The notes beneath the pieces were generated by a model. The model worked only from the letters and a program-made list of their open reading frames with translations. It was not told where the DNA came from and did not search any database. Positions 52,987 through 63,593 of a stretch of DNA of 64,000 nt are shown here, piece by piece. Origin of the DNA: Eubacteriales bacterium. GTDB taxonomy: Bacteria; Bacillota; Clostridia; Acetivibrionales; JANLFN01. Numbering within the stretch: the first letter of the stretch is position 1; the number at the start of each line of letters is the position of its first letter. The position numbers and the translations under genes were made by a program. The stretch is taken from NCBI GenBank assembly GCA_024655885.1, contig JANLFN010000003.1:158792-222791 (forward strand). The letters run 5' to 3'.

Positions 52987-54993
52987 CTATCCTTCCTTGG
53001 CGGTTTCATTTACATAGTCAATTATAACATATTTTAATTTTTCTTTTGCATCCTCTATAGAAAATCCCTGAAGCTGGGCTCCGGCGCCCGTTAAATGTCC
53101 TCCTCCGCCCAGCCTCTCAAGGATTATCTGCACATTGATATCCCCAAGAGATCTTCCACTGATAAAAACCTCATTATTCACGGAACCCAGCACAAAGGAC
53201 GCCGTTATACCCGACAGCCCCAAAAACGCATCTGCCGCTTTTGCAGCTATTAGCTGGGAATTTTTGATATTGGGGGGACAAACCGAAACAGCAATGCTGT
53301 CGTTAATGATTTCCGCTTCCTTTACTATATCCGAGATGGTGATATATGTACTCAAATCATTCTGGAACAGCTGTTTGACTGAAATGGTATCCACCCCCTG
53401 CCTTCTCAAAAATGAAGCCGCTTCAAAGGTTCTCACGCCGGTCTTGAAAGTGAAATTTTTCGTATCCATCACGATACCCGCATATAGGATTTCGGCTTCG
53501 ATGGGCTTCAATTTGATCCTGTCTTCCACATATTGCAGTATTTCGGTGACCAGTTCGCAAGTGGAAGAGGCATAGGTTTCCTGATAGGTGAGAACGGCGT
53601 TTTGAATGAAATCCGCTCCCCTCCTGTGATGGTCGATTACAACCACCTGGTCCGTATGCTCCAGGAGCTCCGGGCATTCGGTAAAGCCGGGCTTATGGGT
53701 GTCCACAATGATCAGGAGCGTCTTTTTGCTTATCTTTTCCAGCGCCTCGTTTCTTCCTATAAAAACGCCCTCATAATCTTGGGTTTTTTGTATTTTATCC
53801 AGCATATTTTCAATTGTCGGGTTGGAGTGGTTAATAACAATGTAGGCTTCCTTTCCCCTGTTTTTCACTATCCTGTACAGTCCCATGGAAGCCCCGAGAG
53901 AATCCGTATCCCCGTGCTCATGCCCCATGACCATAACCAGGGGAGACTGGTCTATCAACTCCCGAAGGGCATAGGCTATCACCCTGGCCTTTACCTTGGT
54001 CCTCTTTTCCAGTTCCCTGGTTTTTCCCCCGAAAAACCTGAAGTTGTCCCCGTCTTTGATAACCACATGGTCCCCTCCCCTGCCAAGGGCAATGTCGATA
54101 CACGCCCCCGCGTTATAAAAATTGTCCATCAGGGACTTGCCGTTGATTCCAAATCCCAGGCTGAGGGTAACGGGGATCTTGTTTCCTATATTGATCTCCT
54201 TGATGGTTTCCAATATCTCAAACTTTTTTTCTTCAAATTCTCTAAGATATTTGCCCTCAAATAGAAATAAATACTTGTCCCTTTCAAATTTCTTTGAAAT
54301 ACCCTCGGTGAAGGCCATCCACTGGGTGATTCTCTTGTCTATCTCAGCCAGCATTTGAGGGCGGTTGGCATCCTCCATACTCTGCATCAGGTCGTCGTAG
54401 TTGTCGATGACAATGATTCCGCAGGCCACCTTTTCATCACTGTATCTCTTTTTTATCGCATTAAGCTCGGTATTGTCTATAAAGTACAACAGCAGGATGT
54501 AGCTGTCCGCATTGGTTTTTCCCTCAACCTTGGCCAAATTCCCAAGAACATTGTAGTATCTCCCGTCAATGATCACCTCTTTTGAAATATTGGGGGATTC
54601 GCTCACAAAAACGTCCGGACGCAGCTCTTCAACAAACGAGCCTATGGTCTTGTCCAGCAGTTCTTCTCCCTGGAACATCCTTTTAAATGAAGAATTATAC
54701 CAGATGATGGTCCCGTCCATTTCAACCAGGGCCAGGGGCATGGGGAAATTAAGCAGCGTACCCTTCGTTGCCGTATCAATGTTAAAGGTGAGGTTCTCGA
54801 TGTATCTGATTATTTCCTTCTGCCTGTTGTGGTTTGACCTGAAATTGTAGTAAACCAAAAACAAAAGCAGGATATAGCCGGGTATGGCTACGCTTATATT
54901 TAATATTCCAATCACGATTACCAGTAAAAATATGATCCAGAGGTAGAAATTCGCGCCTGGAATAAAAATACCTGTAAACTTTTTGTTATCCAT
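52987..54993 (-). CDS. gdpP: GdpP/YybT-type cyclic-di-AMP phosphodiesterase (2 TM, PAS-like, degenerate GGDEF, DHH/DHHA1).
   Basis: N-terminal TM pair. DHH motifs VMVMGHEHGDTDSLGA and VVIDHHRR. GGGGH near the C-terminus. Conserved position upstream of rplI-dnaB. Confidence 0.85.
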   Translation of the reverse strand: MDNKKFTGIFIPGANFYLWIIFLLVIVIGILNISVAIPGYILLLFLVYYNFRSNHNRQKEIIRYIENLTFNIDTATKGTLLNFPMPLALVEMDGTIIWYNSSFKRMFQGEELLDKTIGSFVEELRPDVFVSESPNISKEVIIDGRYYNVLGNLAKVEGKTNADSYILLLYFIDNTELNAIKKRYSDEKVACGIIVIDNYDDLMQSMEDANRPQMLAEIDKRITQWMAFTEGISKKFERDKYLFLFEGKYLREFEEKKFEILETIKEINIGNKIPVTLSLGFGINGKSLMDNFYNAGACIDIALGRGGDHVVIKDGDNFRFFGGKTRELEKRTKVKARVIAYALRELIDQSPLVMVMGHEHGDTDSLGASMGLYRIVKNRGKEAYIVINHSNPTIENMLDKIQKTQDYEGVFIGRNEALEKISKKTLLIIVDTHKPGFTECPELLEHTDQVVVIDHHRRGADFIQNAVLTYQETYASSTCELVTEILQYVEDRIKLKPIEAEILYAGIVMDTKNFTFKTGVRTFEAASFLRRQGVDTISVKQLFQNDLSTYITISDIVKEAEIINDSIAVSVCPPNIKNSQLIAAKAADAFLGLSGITASFVLGSVNNEVFISGRSLGDINVQIILERLGGGGHLTGAGAQLQGFSIEDAKEKLKYVIIDYVNETAKEG

Positions 54994-55054
54994 TGTTCAA
55001 CCCCTTATACCAGCATCCTGAGGTCATTGAAAAATTCTATATTATTCCATTATT

Positions 55055-55399
55055 TCAAAATTCTTTCCTATTTGCCCTCGAACCATTCAAGTGTTTCGAT
55101 AATTCGGACAAATCCCCGTAATGTTTTTCAACATCATGGTTTTCTACCAGACCCAGCTTCACTTTATTCTCTATCTTCATTTCTATGGCCGTATACCCCA
55201 AGCCCAACCTTCTTCCAATCAGGTAGGATATCAAAATAATGTTTGCCAATGTGTCGGCCGCAGAGTCATGAATTTCCTCTTTCATCCCGTTGGCCAGTGA
55301 TTGAAAAAGGTTTGCCACATCCCTTAAAAGCTCGCTTTTCAGCCATTCAATCAGCCGGATGTTCCTGGTGATATCAATCTCTTTATCAAAGAAGCCCAT
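55055..55399 (-). CDS. Small helical cytoplasmic protein, possibly MazG-like family.
   Basis: 114 aa. The pattern EWLKSELLRDVANL...EEIHDSAADTLANIILISYLIGRRLGL resembles MazG-like helical bundles. The function call is weak. Confidence 0.4.
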   Translation of the reverse strand: MGFFDKEIDITRNIRLIEWLKSELLRDVANLFQSLANGMKEEIHDSAADTLANIILISYLIGRRLGLGYTAIEMKIENKVKLGLVENHDVEKHYGDLSELSKHLNGSRANRKEF

Positions 55400-55591
55400 A
55401 TGACCACCCTTTATGATAATTCGTTTAGCATTTAAGGTTTAAAGCTTATTGCTTATATATCAAAAAACATCAAGATTTTCAGCCATTAAACATTAAATGT
55501 TAAACAGCTTTGGTAAAAAAACTGCCATATAATTATATCACTAAAACTTCCTCATATCTTCAATTTCCCTATAAAAGGTTGGACGGATATC

Positions 55592-56812
55592 CTACAAGCC
55601 GTACAGAACATAATCATAATGCTGAACGGTCTTATTCAATACGGCCCCGTCGATCCAGTTCATGTCGGCTGCCTGCTTCAGCCATTTTATTACCTCGCTT
55701 TTTTGCATTTTTCGCCTGTAGGGCCTGTCCTCCGTAAGGGCTACCAGCTTGTCGGCCACAGCAACTATTCTTGACTCCATAGGGATCTGGTCCTCTTTAA
55801 GCGAGAAAGGATAACCTGTACCGTCCAGGTTCTCATGATGGTAAGCCGCCCACTTTTTTATCCCTTGGAATTCCGCTACCCTGTCTAAAATATGATACGA
55901 ATAATACGCATGCTGCTTGATTATGCACCTTTCGTTATAATCCAGCTCCCCCGGTTTTTCAAGTATGGATTCGGGGATGCACAGCTTGCCCAGGTCGTGA
56001 AATTTGCCCGCCACGGATATGAAAAAGCACTGCTCGCCGTCAAAGCCGAAAAGACGGGACAGGCGGCTTGAAACCTGGGATACGCTGGAAGAATGCACGG
56101 CCGTGTACGGGCTCTTGCGGTCAATCATCTTCGCGCAAAGGTCGGCTATTTGCCACAGCCCTTGATAGCTTAAGCTTATCTTCCTTGCAATACTTTCCTT
56201 CAGAATTCGGTCCATCCGCCTCTCATTGTTGATGTCAAGCCAGAAGCTCAAATTACTCGAAAGACTTTTTAAGGCCTTCAAAGCCTCCTGCGAAAAAAAC
56301 CCTTCCGGGAATCCCTGTATTTTGTTTACCACTTCTTCTGCCTGTGACAGGATATTTGCCGACTTATCGACGGCAATATCGATTCTGTCCGCCAGATTGA
56401 TAATATTCGAGCAAAGGGCCTCTCTGTCCTTTAAACCGGCTTTGACTGTTTTATACGCCTTGTGGTGGTTCCTCACCAGTGAGGAGATCCCTCTGAACAG
56501 GTCCACACCAGCAAGTAAGGCCTCACCGTCCGCACTGTGCTTTTCCAGATTGTCTTCTTCGGGATACAATCGCGCAAGGTCAAGCTTCAATTTGAAATTC
56601 TGCGCTCCGATATCGTGCAGCACAGCGGCAACAACCAGGTCACAGGGAACCGGTTCTTCAAAGACCTTTTCATAGATGTTCTTTGCAATGCAAGCTACCC
56701 TTTTGCCGTGACGGCCCACTCCGTTTTCGGACAGCTCAATGGCCTCCGACAGCATGTCCACAATCTGATACAGGTCTAAGTCCAGATTTTTTTGTAAAAA
56801 AGCCTCCTCCAT
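55592..56812 (-). CDS. Tandem HD-domain protein with an HD-GYP signature (putative cyclic-di-GMP phosphodiesterase).
   Basis: First HD: GRHGKRVA...LHDIGA. Second HD: HSSSVSQV...FHDLGKLCIP...HHENLDGTGYP. Confidence 0.75.
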   Translation of the reverse strand: MEEAFLQKNLDLDLYQIVDMLSEAIELSENGVGRHGKRVACIAKNIYEKVFEEPVPCDLVVAAVLHDIGAQNFKLKLDLARLYPEEDNLEKHSADGEALLAGVDLFRGISSLVRNHHKAYKTVKAGLKDREALCSNIINLADRIDIAVDKSANILSQAEEVVNKIQGFPEGFFSQEALKALKSLSSNLSFWLDINNERRMDRILKESIARKISLSYQGLWQIADLCAKMIDRKSPYTAVHSSSVSQVSSRLSRLFGFDGEQCFFISVAGKFHDLGKLCIPESILEKPGELDYNERCIIKQHAYYSYHILDRVAEFQGIKKWAAYHHENLDGTGYPFSLKEDQIPMESRIVAVADKLVALTEDRPYRRKMQKSEVIKWLKQAADMNWIDGAVLNKTVQHYDYVLYGL

Positions 56813-56830
56813 ATCCTCCAGCCCTTTTCC

Positions 56831-57670
56831 CTATATATTCCCATACACCGGATAGGAGCCTAAAAACTTGTAAAAAGAAGTTTTCCGCCTTACCATGGTG
56901 AGGGCATCCCTTATATCCTCATCTTCTTTATAACCGCTGATGTCCACAAAGAATATGTATCTTCCAAGCTGGTTTTTGGCAGGCCGGGATTCAATCCGGG
57001 TCATGTTGATATCCCACAGGTTGAATATGTCAAGAACCCGGTACAGGGCCCCCGGCTTGTCATCGGTGGAAAAAACAATGGAAGTCTTGTCCCATCCGGT
57101 CCTTGGGCTGTCCTCCTTTGAAACCACCACAAATCTTGTGAAATTGTTATTCACATCCTGAATATCCTGCGCTAAAATATCCAGGTTATAGACTTCGGCG
57201 GCGGCTGAGGAACCGATGGCCGCCGAATCGCCCCCGCCTTTTGCAACCTCTTCGGCCGCCCCCGCCGTACTATATACCACCCGGATTTCCACCCCCGGAA
57301 ATCTGGTATTAATATATTTCCTGCACTGGCCGATAGGCTGAGGGTGCGAGAGTATCCGCTTTATATCGCCCGCCTTCGTGCCTTTTTTAACCAGAAGATT
57401 CTGGCTCACCGGAATAATCACCTCGGATTTTATCAGGAGGTTAACCTCAGAGGCCATCATATCCAGGGTCACATTAACCGCCCCTTCCAGTGAATTCTCA
57501 ATGGGCACCACCGCCTCGTCCATTTCTCCGTTTTCCACTGCCATAATCATCTCCGCAATGGAAGTAAAATCATAGGAAGCGTAGTCCGGACTCTTTTTGG
57601 TGTATTTTTCCAATGCTTCCTGGGAAAAAGTCCCCCGGGGCCCTAAAAAACCAATTTTTTTCATAAACAC
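56831..57670 (-). CDS. pheA: Prephenate dehydratase with a C-terminal ACT domain.
   Basis: IGFLGPRGTFSQEA, VPIENSLEGAV, TRFVVV, and ESRP in the ACT region. Confidence 0.9.
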   Translation of the reverse strand: MFMKKIGFLGPRGTFSQEALEKYTKKSPDYASYDFTSIAEMIMAVENGEMDEAVVPIENSLEGAVNVTLDMMASEVNLLIKSEVIIPVSQNLLVKKGTKAGDIKRILSHPQPIGQCRKYINTRFPGVEIRVVYSTAGAAEEVAKGGGDSAAIGSSAAAEVYNLDILAQDIQDVNNNFTRFVVVSKEDSPRTGWDKTSIVFSTDDKPGALYRVLDIFNLWDINMTRIESRPAKNQLGRYIFFVDISGYKEDEDIRDALTMVRRKTSFYKFLGSYPVYGNI

Positions 57671-57773
57671 CTCGAATGAATCATGGTAATTACTATGATA
57701 GCACTAATCGACATTTTTTCCAGCCTAATCATTATGCAGAAAAAACAGACTTGAAATTGATGGCTCCTGATAG

Positions 57774-57807
57774 AAAAAAACAGCCTGCAGATGGATGGTC
57801 TACAGGC
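57774..57807 (-). terminator. Intrinsic terminator after rpsR.
   Basis: Minus strand GCCTGTAG-N9-CTGCAGGC followed by TGTTTTTTT. Confidence 0.7.
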
Positions 57808-57813
57808 CATGTA

Positions 57814-58101
57814 TTACTCGGCTGTATACGGCAGCAATGCGATGTGTCTTGCCCTTTTTATAGCCGTTGTCAGCTGGCGCTGGTGTTTTGCACAGTTCCC
57901 CGAAATTCTCCTGGGCAATATCTTGCCCCTTTCGGAAATATATTTCCGGATCTTGGCCACTTCTTTATAATCTATATCCGTCACTTTATCTATGCAAAAT
58001 GAGCAAACCTTTTTCTTTGCCCTTCTCATCCTCATGCCGCCCTTGCCTTCACTTTTGTCGTACGAATCCTTATTGCCTTTTTCCTTTTTTCCGCCTGGCA
58101 T
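57814..58101 (-). CDS. rpsR: 30S ribosomal protein S18.
   Basis: [63 protein letters not shown]. The start is placed at ATG 58101 (AAGGAGG SD). Confidence 0.95.
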   Translation of the reverse strand: MPGGKKEKGNKDSYDKSEGKGGMRMRRAKKKVCSFCIDKVTDIDYKEVAKIRKYISERGKILPRRISGNCAKHQRQLTTAIKRARHIALLPYTAE

Positions 58102-58259
58102 TTCACAAATCCTCCTTCCCATCATCCGATAAATTGATCATTGGCAGTATTAAAATCTTTAAACCGGCATACAATTGACCGTGGAACAAATGCCAAACAG
58201 CCGGGCCCTACAAAGCCCTTCAGCCCTTGTTCCCCGTCAACGGTGAATTGTCAACAATT

Positions 58260-58676
58260 CTAGAACGGAAGTTCATCCCCGTCGTCTATAGGATAAAATC
58301 CATCGGCCTGGTCCGAACCGGAGCCGCCCATGGCCCTGGCACCCGTATCATCGCTTCTCTTGTTGTCCGCAAAATAGGCTTCCTCCGCGATTACTTCGGT
58401 CACATAGTGCTTTTTCCCTTCATTGTCGTCCCACGTTCTGGTCTGAATCCTTCCCACAACGGCTACCTGTCTGCCCTTTTGAAAATACTTGCCGCAAAAT
58501 TCAGCCAGTTTGCTCCACGCAACCACAGGAATAAAATCCGCCTGTTTTTCTTCTCCCTGCCTGGCAAATCTTCTGTCCACAGCGAGAGTGAAGCTGCACA
58601 CCGCAGTATTATTGACACTGGTATACCTCAGTTCGGGATCCTTTGTAAGTCTCCCCATTAAAATAACCTTATTCAT
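58260..58676 (-). CDS. ssb: Single-stranded DNA-binding protein.
   Basis: MNKVILMGRLTKDPELRYT... OB fold and an acidic C-terminal tail DDGDELPF. Confidence 0.95.
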   Translation of the reverse strand: MNKVILMGRLTKDPELRYTSVNNTAVCSFTLAVDRRFARQGEEKQADFIPVVAWSKLAEFCGKYFQKGRQVAVVGRIQTRTWDDNEGKKHYVTEVIAEEAYFADNKRSDDTGARAMGGSGSDQADGFYPIDDGDELPF

Positions 58677-58688
58677 AAACCCACCTGT

Positions 58689-58973
58689 TTAATCCTTCTT
58701 AATAACAATATACTTAATGATACCGTCGGTGATTTTATAAATTCTCTCCAATTCCCGTGGGAAGCTGGAATCGGCACTAAAATTAACCAGAACGTAATAG
58801 CCTTCATTCAGGTCGTTGATAGGGTAAGCCAGCCTTCTTTTTCCCCATTCGTCAATATTCTCCAATTGAGCCGAAGTTTCCAGCAGCTCCTTGAATTTTG
58901 CCACAAGAGCTTGAATGTTATCTTCTCCAATTTCAGGATTAATAATAAAAATCGATTCATATTTGTTTAACAT
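58689..58973 (-). CDS. rpsF: 30S ribosomal protein S6.
   Basis: YESIFIINPEIGEDNIQALVAKFKELL...WGKRRLAYPI. Sits in rpsF-ssb-rpsR order. Confidence 0.95.
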   Translation of the reverse strand: MLNKYESIFIINPEIGEDNIQALVAKFKELLETSAQLENIDEWGKRRLAYPINDLNEGYYVLVNFSADSSFPRELERIYKITDGIIKYIVIKKD

Positions 58974-59041
58974 TCGACTTCACCTCCTCCCGGACTAACG
59001 GCCCTGCATCACGAGTGCAGAGCAAGGATTTACAAAATATA

Positions 59042-59070
59042 ATTTTACCATATTGCATTCAATAATACAA
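59042..59070 (-). promoter_or_regulatory. Candidate rpsF operon promoter (TTGTAT-17-TGgTAAAAT).
   Basis: Minus strand TTGTAT = 59065-59070 and TAAAAT = 59042-59047, with a TG at the extended -10 position. A ~65-nt hairpin-containing leader follows. Confidence 0.4.
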
Positions 59071-59161
59071 GAAGCAATTTTTCATTTTTATACATTTCCC
59101 TTGCACTTCCATAATCCATGCCACCTTTCCTGGTTAGTCCCATTTCACCGTGGCAATACAA

Positions 59162-59190
59162 TTACCATTTTTGTGAATTTATGGTATACT
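59162..59190 (+). promoter_or_regulatory. Candidate promoter of the GGDEF gene (TTACCA-17-TGgTATACT).
   Basis: -35 at 59162-59167 and -10 at 59185-59190, with an upstream TG. The start codon lies 25 nt downstream. Confidence 0.4.
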
Positions 59191-59214
59191 AATACACATG
59201 AAAGGGTGAAACGA

Positions 59215-60462
59215 ATGTTATGGCGAAAATTGCCCGGCGAAAGCGGCATCCGTTATTTACTTCTATCGGTGGTTTCAATCTTGTTTGGTCTCCCCCTGGG
59301 CTACTATGCGAGCCAGCTTGCGGCCCATTTTGGGAATACTGGGGCCGGTAGCCCAAACAGCATTTATACCATGGCATTCATGGTCCTGATCTTCATAATA
59401 CTGTTTTTAACAGGAATCATCGCACAAAAAGCGGCAGAAGAACATGCACGCCTCTTTGAGTTGAAAAGCTTCAAAGAGTACGCCGATGCCCTTCACCAGG
59501 CAACTTCCGAATCGGAAGTGTATAATATTCTTTTTGCTTATATCGGTAGGATGCCTTTAATAAGGCATGCGGCTCTATACTATTACAGCGGCAAGCCATT
59601 AGACGAAGGCTTCTGTCAAAAAATTACCAAGGGAAAAGCTCCTCTTTGCTCTATGCCGCACAAAGCCTGCCCGTTAATCCAGTCCGAGACCAAAAGGATG
59701 GAGGTAAGGATAGGAAAAAGCAGTTCTTGCCGGCATCAGCTGCCCGCCTACAAATCCGGCAGCTACGTGTGCATCCCCATCATCGATGCAGGGCACCGGA
59801 AAAGCATACTCCAGGTATACAGTACCGACGAATCCCTGCTGGACCGGGTCAATATTTCAAACCTCAAGTTCTATACCGACATTGCCAGAGCGGTAATCCA
59901 CAGTCGGAGAGCCATCCATGCCTTGAGCCGGAAGGCTTCCACCGATAAGCTTACAAAGGTCTATAACAGGAGCTTCCTTGAACCCTACCTTGAGAATCAG
60001 ATAGAGGCAGCCAGCCTGTCAAACCAGCCGCTGAGCGCAATGACCATCGACATAGACCATTTCAAGCGGATTAACGATACCTACGGCCACTCGGCGGGGG
60101 ACCACGTCCTGGTCCTGTTTACCGACCTGGTGCTCAAGTGCATCCGCAAAACAGACCTGCTGGCCAGGTATGGGGGGGATGAGTTTATTGCTGTTTTGCC
60201 TTCAACGGACACCGAAACGGCCCAAGTTATCGCCGAAAGGATAAGGCAAGCCGTTGCTTCCGCACCCATTGCCCTCCCGGACGGTATGGAAATTCCGTCC
60301 ATCAGCTGCAGCATCGGCATATCCACCTACCCTTTTCACTGCAGCAGTATGGATGAGCTTTTAAAGACCTCGGATATGACCCTGTATAAAGCAAAGCAGG
60401 CCGGAAGAAACTGCGTCCGGATTTACGGGAGCGACCTGTCCCACCTGCCGACAGGCCTATAG
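59215..60462 (+). CDS. Membrane-anchored diguanylate cyclase (GGDEF domain).
   Basis: The start is placed at ATG 59215. Two TM helices and a central sensor region. KLTKVYNRSFL...DIDHFKRINDTYGHSAGD...ARYGGDEFIAVLP. Confidence 0.85.
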   Translation: MLWRKLPGESGIRYLLLSVVSILFGLPLGYYASQLAAHFGNTGAGSPNSIYTMAFMVLIFIILFLTGIIAQKAAEEHARLFELKSFKEYADALHQATSESEVYNILFAYIGRMPLIRHAALYYYSGKPLDEGFCQKITKGKAPLCSMPHKACPLIQSETKRMEVRIGKSSSCRHQLPAYKSGSYVCIPIIDAGHRKSILQVYSTDESLLDRVNISNLKFYTDIARAVIHSRRAIHALSRKASTDKLTKVYNRSFLEPYLENQIEAASLSNQPLSAMTIDIDHFKRINDTYGHSAGDHVLVLFTDLVLKCIRKTDLLARYGGDEFIAVLPSTDTETAQVIAERIRQAVASAPIALPDGMEIPSISCSIGISTYPFHCSSMDELLKTSDMTLYKAKQAGRNCVRIYGSDLSHLPTGL

Positions 60463-60605
60463 GTCCCCCTTTCTCTGAATAGACTGCGCCCATTATAGCA
60501 AGTTTTGGCATGAATATGTTATAATGTGTTATAAAATGGGTAAATAATGGTTGTTGCAAACAAAAACAATATTTATTTTTACAGAAATCAAGGGGGGGAT
60601 CTGAA

Positions 60606-61022
60606 TTGTCTTTCAAATGGAAGGAAGCATACAGCTGCAACATTGCGGAAATCGACAAGCAGCACAAGAGGTTGTTCGAGATCGGAGACCGTTTGTACGA
60701 GCTGGCTACTTTAAACGATAACTACGACCACTATGATGAAATTGTGAAAACTCTTGATGAGTTAAAGGACTATACCATCTATCACTTCGGCTATGAGGAA
60801 AAGCTCATGGAGCAATACGGTTTCTCCTATTTCGAACCCCATAAGATTGAACACGACTTTTTTGTAAAAAAACTTAAAAAGCTGGAAAGGAAAGATTTTG
60901 ACGAAAACCAGGGGGAGGCTGTTGTCGAAATGCTTCAATTCGTGGCTGACTGGATCTCAGCCCACATACTTAAAACCGACATGGAGTATAAAGATTTCTT
61001 TAACGGCAAAGGTATTTATTAA
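60606..61022 (+). CDS. Hemerythrin-like metal-binding protein (bacteriohemerythrin).
   Basis: TTG start with an AAGGGGGGG SD. FKWKEAYSCNIAEIDKQHKRLFEI, HFGYEEKLM, HKIEHDFF and WISAHILKTDMEY give the His/Asp/Glu ligand pattern. Confidence 0.85.
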   Translation: MSFKWKEAYSCNIAEIDKQHKRLFEIGDRLYELATLNDNYDHYDEIVKTLDELKDYTIYHFGYEEKLMEQYGFSYFEPHKIEHDFFVKKLKKLERKDFDENQGEAVVEMLQFVADWISAHILKTDMEYKDFFNGKGIY

Positions 61023-61036
61023 AAGGCGGAATTTGC

Positions 61037-61070
61037 AGGCATCCCCGGATAAGGGGATGCCTTATTCTTT
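61037..61070 (+). terminator. Intrinsic terminator after the hemerythrin gene.
   Basis: AGGCATCCCC-ggataa-GGGGATGCCT followed by TATTCTTT. Confidence 0.7.
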
Positions 61071-61125
61071 ATAGGATGCATTATTATTTTAATATGGTGC
61101 ATGATTATTCTGAAAAGTTTTGTGA

Positions 61126-61154
61126 TTGTACAACCCAAGCCAATGCTGTATAAT
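61126..61154 (+). promoter_or_regulatory. Candidate glgB promoter (TTGTAC-17-TATAAT).
   Basis: -35 at 61126-61131 and consensus -10 at 61149-61154, with a 17-nt spacer. Confidence 0.5.
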
Positions 61155-61205
61155 TTTAGTGAATGCAGAGGACTGCAGCGCAATACTTAATGAAGAGGAT
61201 AATTT

Positions 61206-63467
61206 ATGAACACAACGGCAAGTCTGGATGATGTTATAAAAGTGATTAATTCAGAGCACTACGACCCTTTCCGTGTTTTAGGACCTCATAGGGTGGAAAG
61301 GGAGGATAAAGGAAAAATTTTTGTTGTCCGGGCTTATTATCCAAAGGCAAAGGAAGTTTTCCTTTTGGACTGTGCCGAAAAACACCGGTATAAAATGGAA
61401 AAGGTGCACGACAGCGGTTTTTTTGAAGTCATTGTTCCGGATAAAGAAGATTTTTTCGCCTATATGCTGGCGGTTACCGACGAAACGGGCCATACCTTTA
61501 CGACCCATGATCCCTACAGCTTCCGCCGGGTTATTACAGACTTCGACCTGCACCTGTTCAATGAAGGAAACCACCATAAAATATATGAAAAGCTGGGCGC
61601 CCATCCCTGCAGGCTGGAGGGCGTGGACGGAACCCTGTTTTGTGTTTGGGCGCCCTGTGCCAAACGGGTCAGTGTGGTGGGCGACTTTAACCAGTGGGAC
61701 GGAAAGCGCCACCAGATGAGGAGCATCGGGTGTTCGGGTGTATGGGAAATCTTTTTGCCGGGAGTGGGGGCAGGAGATACTTACAAGTATGAAATAAAAA
61801 CCCGGGATAATGAACTTTACTGGAAGGCCGACCCCTATGCCTTCTATTCGGAGCTAAGGCCCGGCACCGCGTCCATTGTCTATGACATTGAGGGCTATAA
61901 ATGGCATGACCTCAACTGGATTAAGGAAAGAGACGAAGGAAATTCCTTTGCAAAGCCCGTGTCCATATATGAGGTACACCTTGGGTCATGGGCAAGGGTC
62001 ATGGAAGAGGACCAACGGTTTTTGACATACAGGGAACTGGCGGACAAGCTGGTGGGTTATGTGAAAGAAATGGGATATACCCACATCGAACTGCTTCCTA
62101 TTGCAGAGCACCCCTTTGACGGGTCATGGGGCTACCAGACCACGGGCTACTATTCGGTCACAAGCAGGTATGGGAAACCGGAAGACTTTATGTACCTGGT
62201 GGACGTTTGCCATCAGAACGGAATAGGAGTGATTATGGACTGGGTGCCCGCCCATTTCCCCAAAGACGCCCATGGGCTTGCAAGGTTTGACGGAACCGCG
62301 CTGTACGAGCATTATGACCCAAGACAGGGAGAGCATCCCGACTGGGGAACCCTTATATTCAATTACGGCAGGCACGAGGTAAGAAACTTTCTGGTAGCCA
62401 ATGCGGTGTTCTGGTTTGAGAAGTACCATATAGACGGCTTAAGGGTGGATGCCGTAGCATCCATGCTGTACCTGGATTACGGGAAAAAAGACGGAGAGTG
62501 GCTTCCCAACCGGTGGGGCGGCAAGGAGAACTTAGATGCCATACAATTCCTGCGGCAGTTGAATTCCACCGTATACAGCTACTTCCCCGGAATCATGATG
62601 ATCGCCGAGGAATCCACCTCCTGGGCCCTGGTATCCAGGCCTCCCTACGTGGGGGGACTCGGTTTTTCATATAAATGGAACATGGGCTGGATGAATGATT
62701 TTATCCGGTATATCAGCATGGATCCCATATACCGCAAATACCATCACAATAATCTGACTTTTTCCATTATGTACGCTTTTTCCGAAAACTTTATCCTCGT
62801 ACTGTCCCACGATGAAGTGGTCCACGGAAAATGCTCCATGATCAACAAGATGCCGGGAGACTACTGGCAGAAATTTGCCGGATTGCGGGTAAGCTACGCC
62901 TACATGTACGGGCACCCCGGCAAGAAGCTTCTTTTCATGGGAAATGAATTCGGTCAGTTTATAGAGTGGGACTACAAGCGCAGCCTTGACTGGCATCTCC
63001 TGGACTATGAGATGCACCGCAAGCTTCAAAATTATGTCAAAGATTTAAACAGGATGTATAAAAAGGAAAAAGCGCTGTATGAGGTGGATTTCAGCTATGA
63101 GGGCTTTGAGTGGATTGACTGCAGCGACTCGGACCACAGCGTTGTTTCATTCATACGCAGGGGCAAGGACCCGCAGGACCTGCTGATTTTTGTGTGCAAT
63201 TTCACTCCCGTAGTCTATTATGACTACCGCATCGGCGTCCCATTCCACGTCTTTTACGAGGAAGTTTTAAACAGTGACTCCCAAATTTACGGGGGCAGCA
63301 ATGTGGGAAACTTCGGGGGGGTACAGGCGGAAGACTGCGGCTTTCACGGGAAGCCGTACTCCATAAGGCTGCAAATTCCCCCGCTGGCCGCCCTTGTGCT
63401 GAAGCCAAGGCTTGAAGAGGAGGACAGCCTCCGGAACCGAATTCTATTACGGGACACTAGCGCCTAA
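61206..63467 (+). CDS. glgB: 1,4-alpha-glucan branching enzyme.
   Basis: GH13 motifs [35 protein letters not shown] and [11 protein letters not shown]. The N-terminal CBM48 region has [21 protein letters not shown]. Confidence 0.95.
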   Translation: MNTTASLDDVIKVINSEHYDPFRVLGPHRVEREDKGKIFVVRAYYPKAKEVFLLDCAEKHRYKMEKVHDSGFFEVIVPDKEDFFAYMLAVTDETGHTFTTHDPYSFRRVITDFDLHLFNEGNHHKIYEKLGAHPCRLEGVDGTLFCVWAPCAKRVSVVGDFNQWDGKRHQMRSIGCSGVWEIFLPGVGAGDTYKYEIKTRDNELYWKADPYAFYSELRPGTASIVYDIEGYKWHDLNWIKERDEGNSFAKPVSIYEVHLGSWARVMEEDQRFLTYRELADKLVGYVKEMGYTHIELLPIAEHPFDGSWGYQTTGYYSVTSRYGKPEDFMYLVDVCHQNGIGVIMDWVPAHFPKDAHGLARFDGTALYEHYDPRQGEHPDWGTLIFNYGRHEVRNFLVANAVFWFEKYHIDGLRVDAVASMLYLDYGKKDGEWLPNRWGGKENLDAIQFLRQLNSTVYSYFPGIMMIAEESTSWALVSRPPYVGGLGFSYKWNMGWMNDFIRYISMDPIYRKYHHNNLTFSIMYAFSENFILVLSHDEVVHGKCSMINKMPGDYWQKFAGLRVSYAYMYGHPGKKLLFMGNEFGQFIEWDYKRSLDWHLLDYEMHRKLQNYVKDLNRMYKKEKALYEVDFSYEGFEWIDCSDSDHSVVSFIRRGKDPQDLLIFVCNFTPVVYYDYRIGVPFHVFYEEVLNSDSQIYGGSNVGNFGGVQAEDCGFHGKPYSIRLQIPPLAALVLKPRLEEEDSLRNRILLRDTSA

Positions 63468-63593
63468 ACTCATAATATTTGCAATCAATGGAATGCTGTA
63501 AATATAGAGTGTAAGCACAAAGTGATGAAGCCATTTTTTGTGCAATAAAATCGTTTTGTCACTCCCTCTAAGGTTTAGAATCAATTGCAGGAG

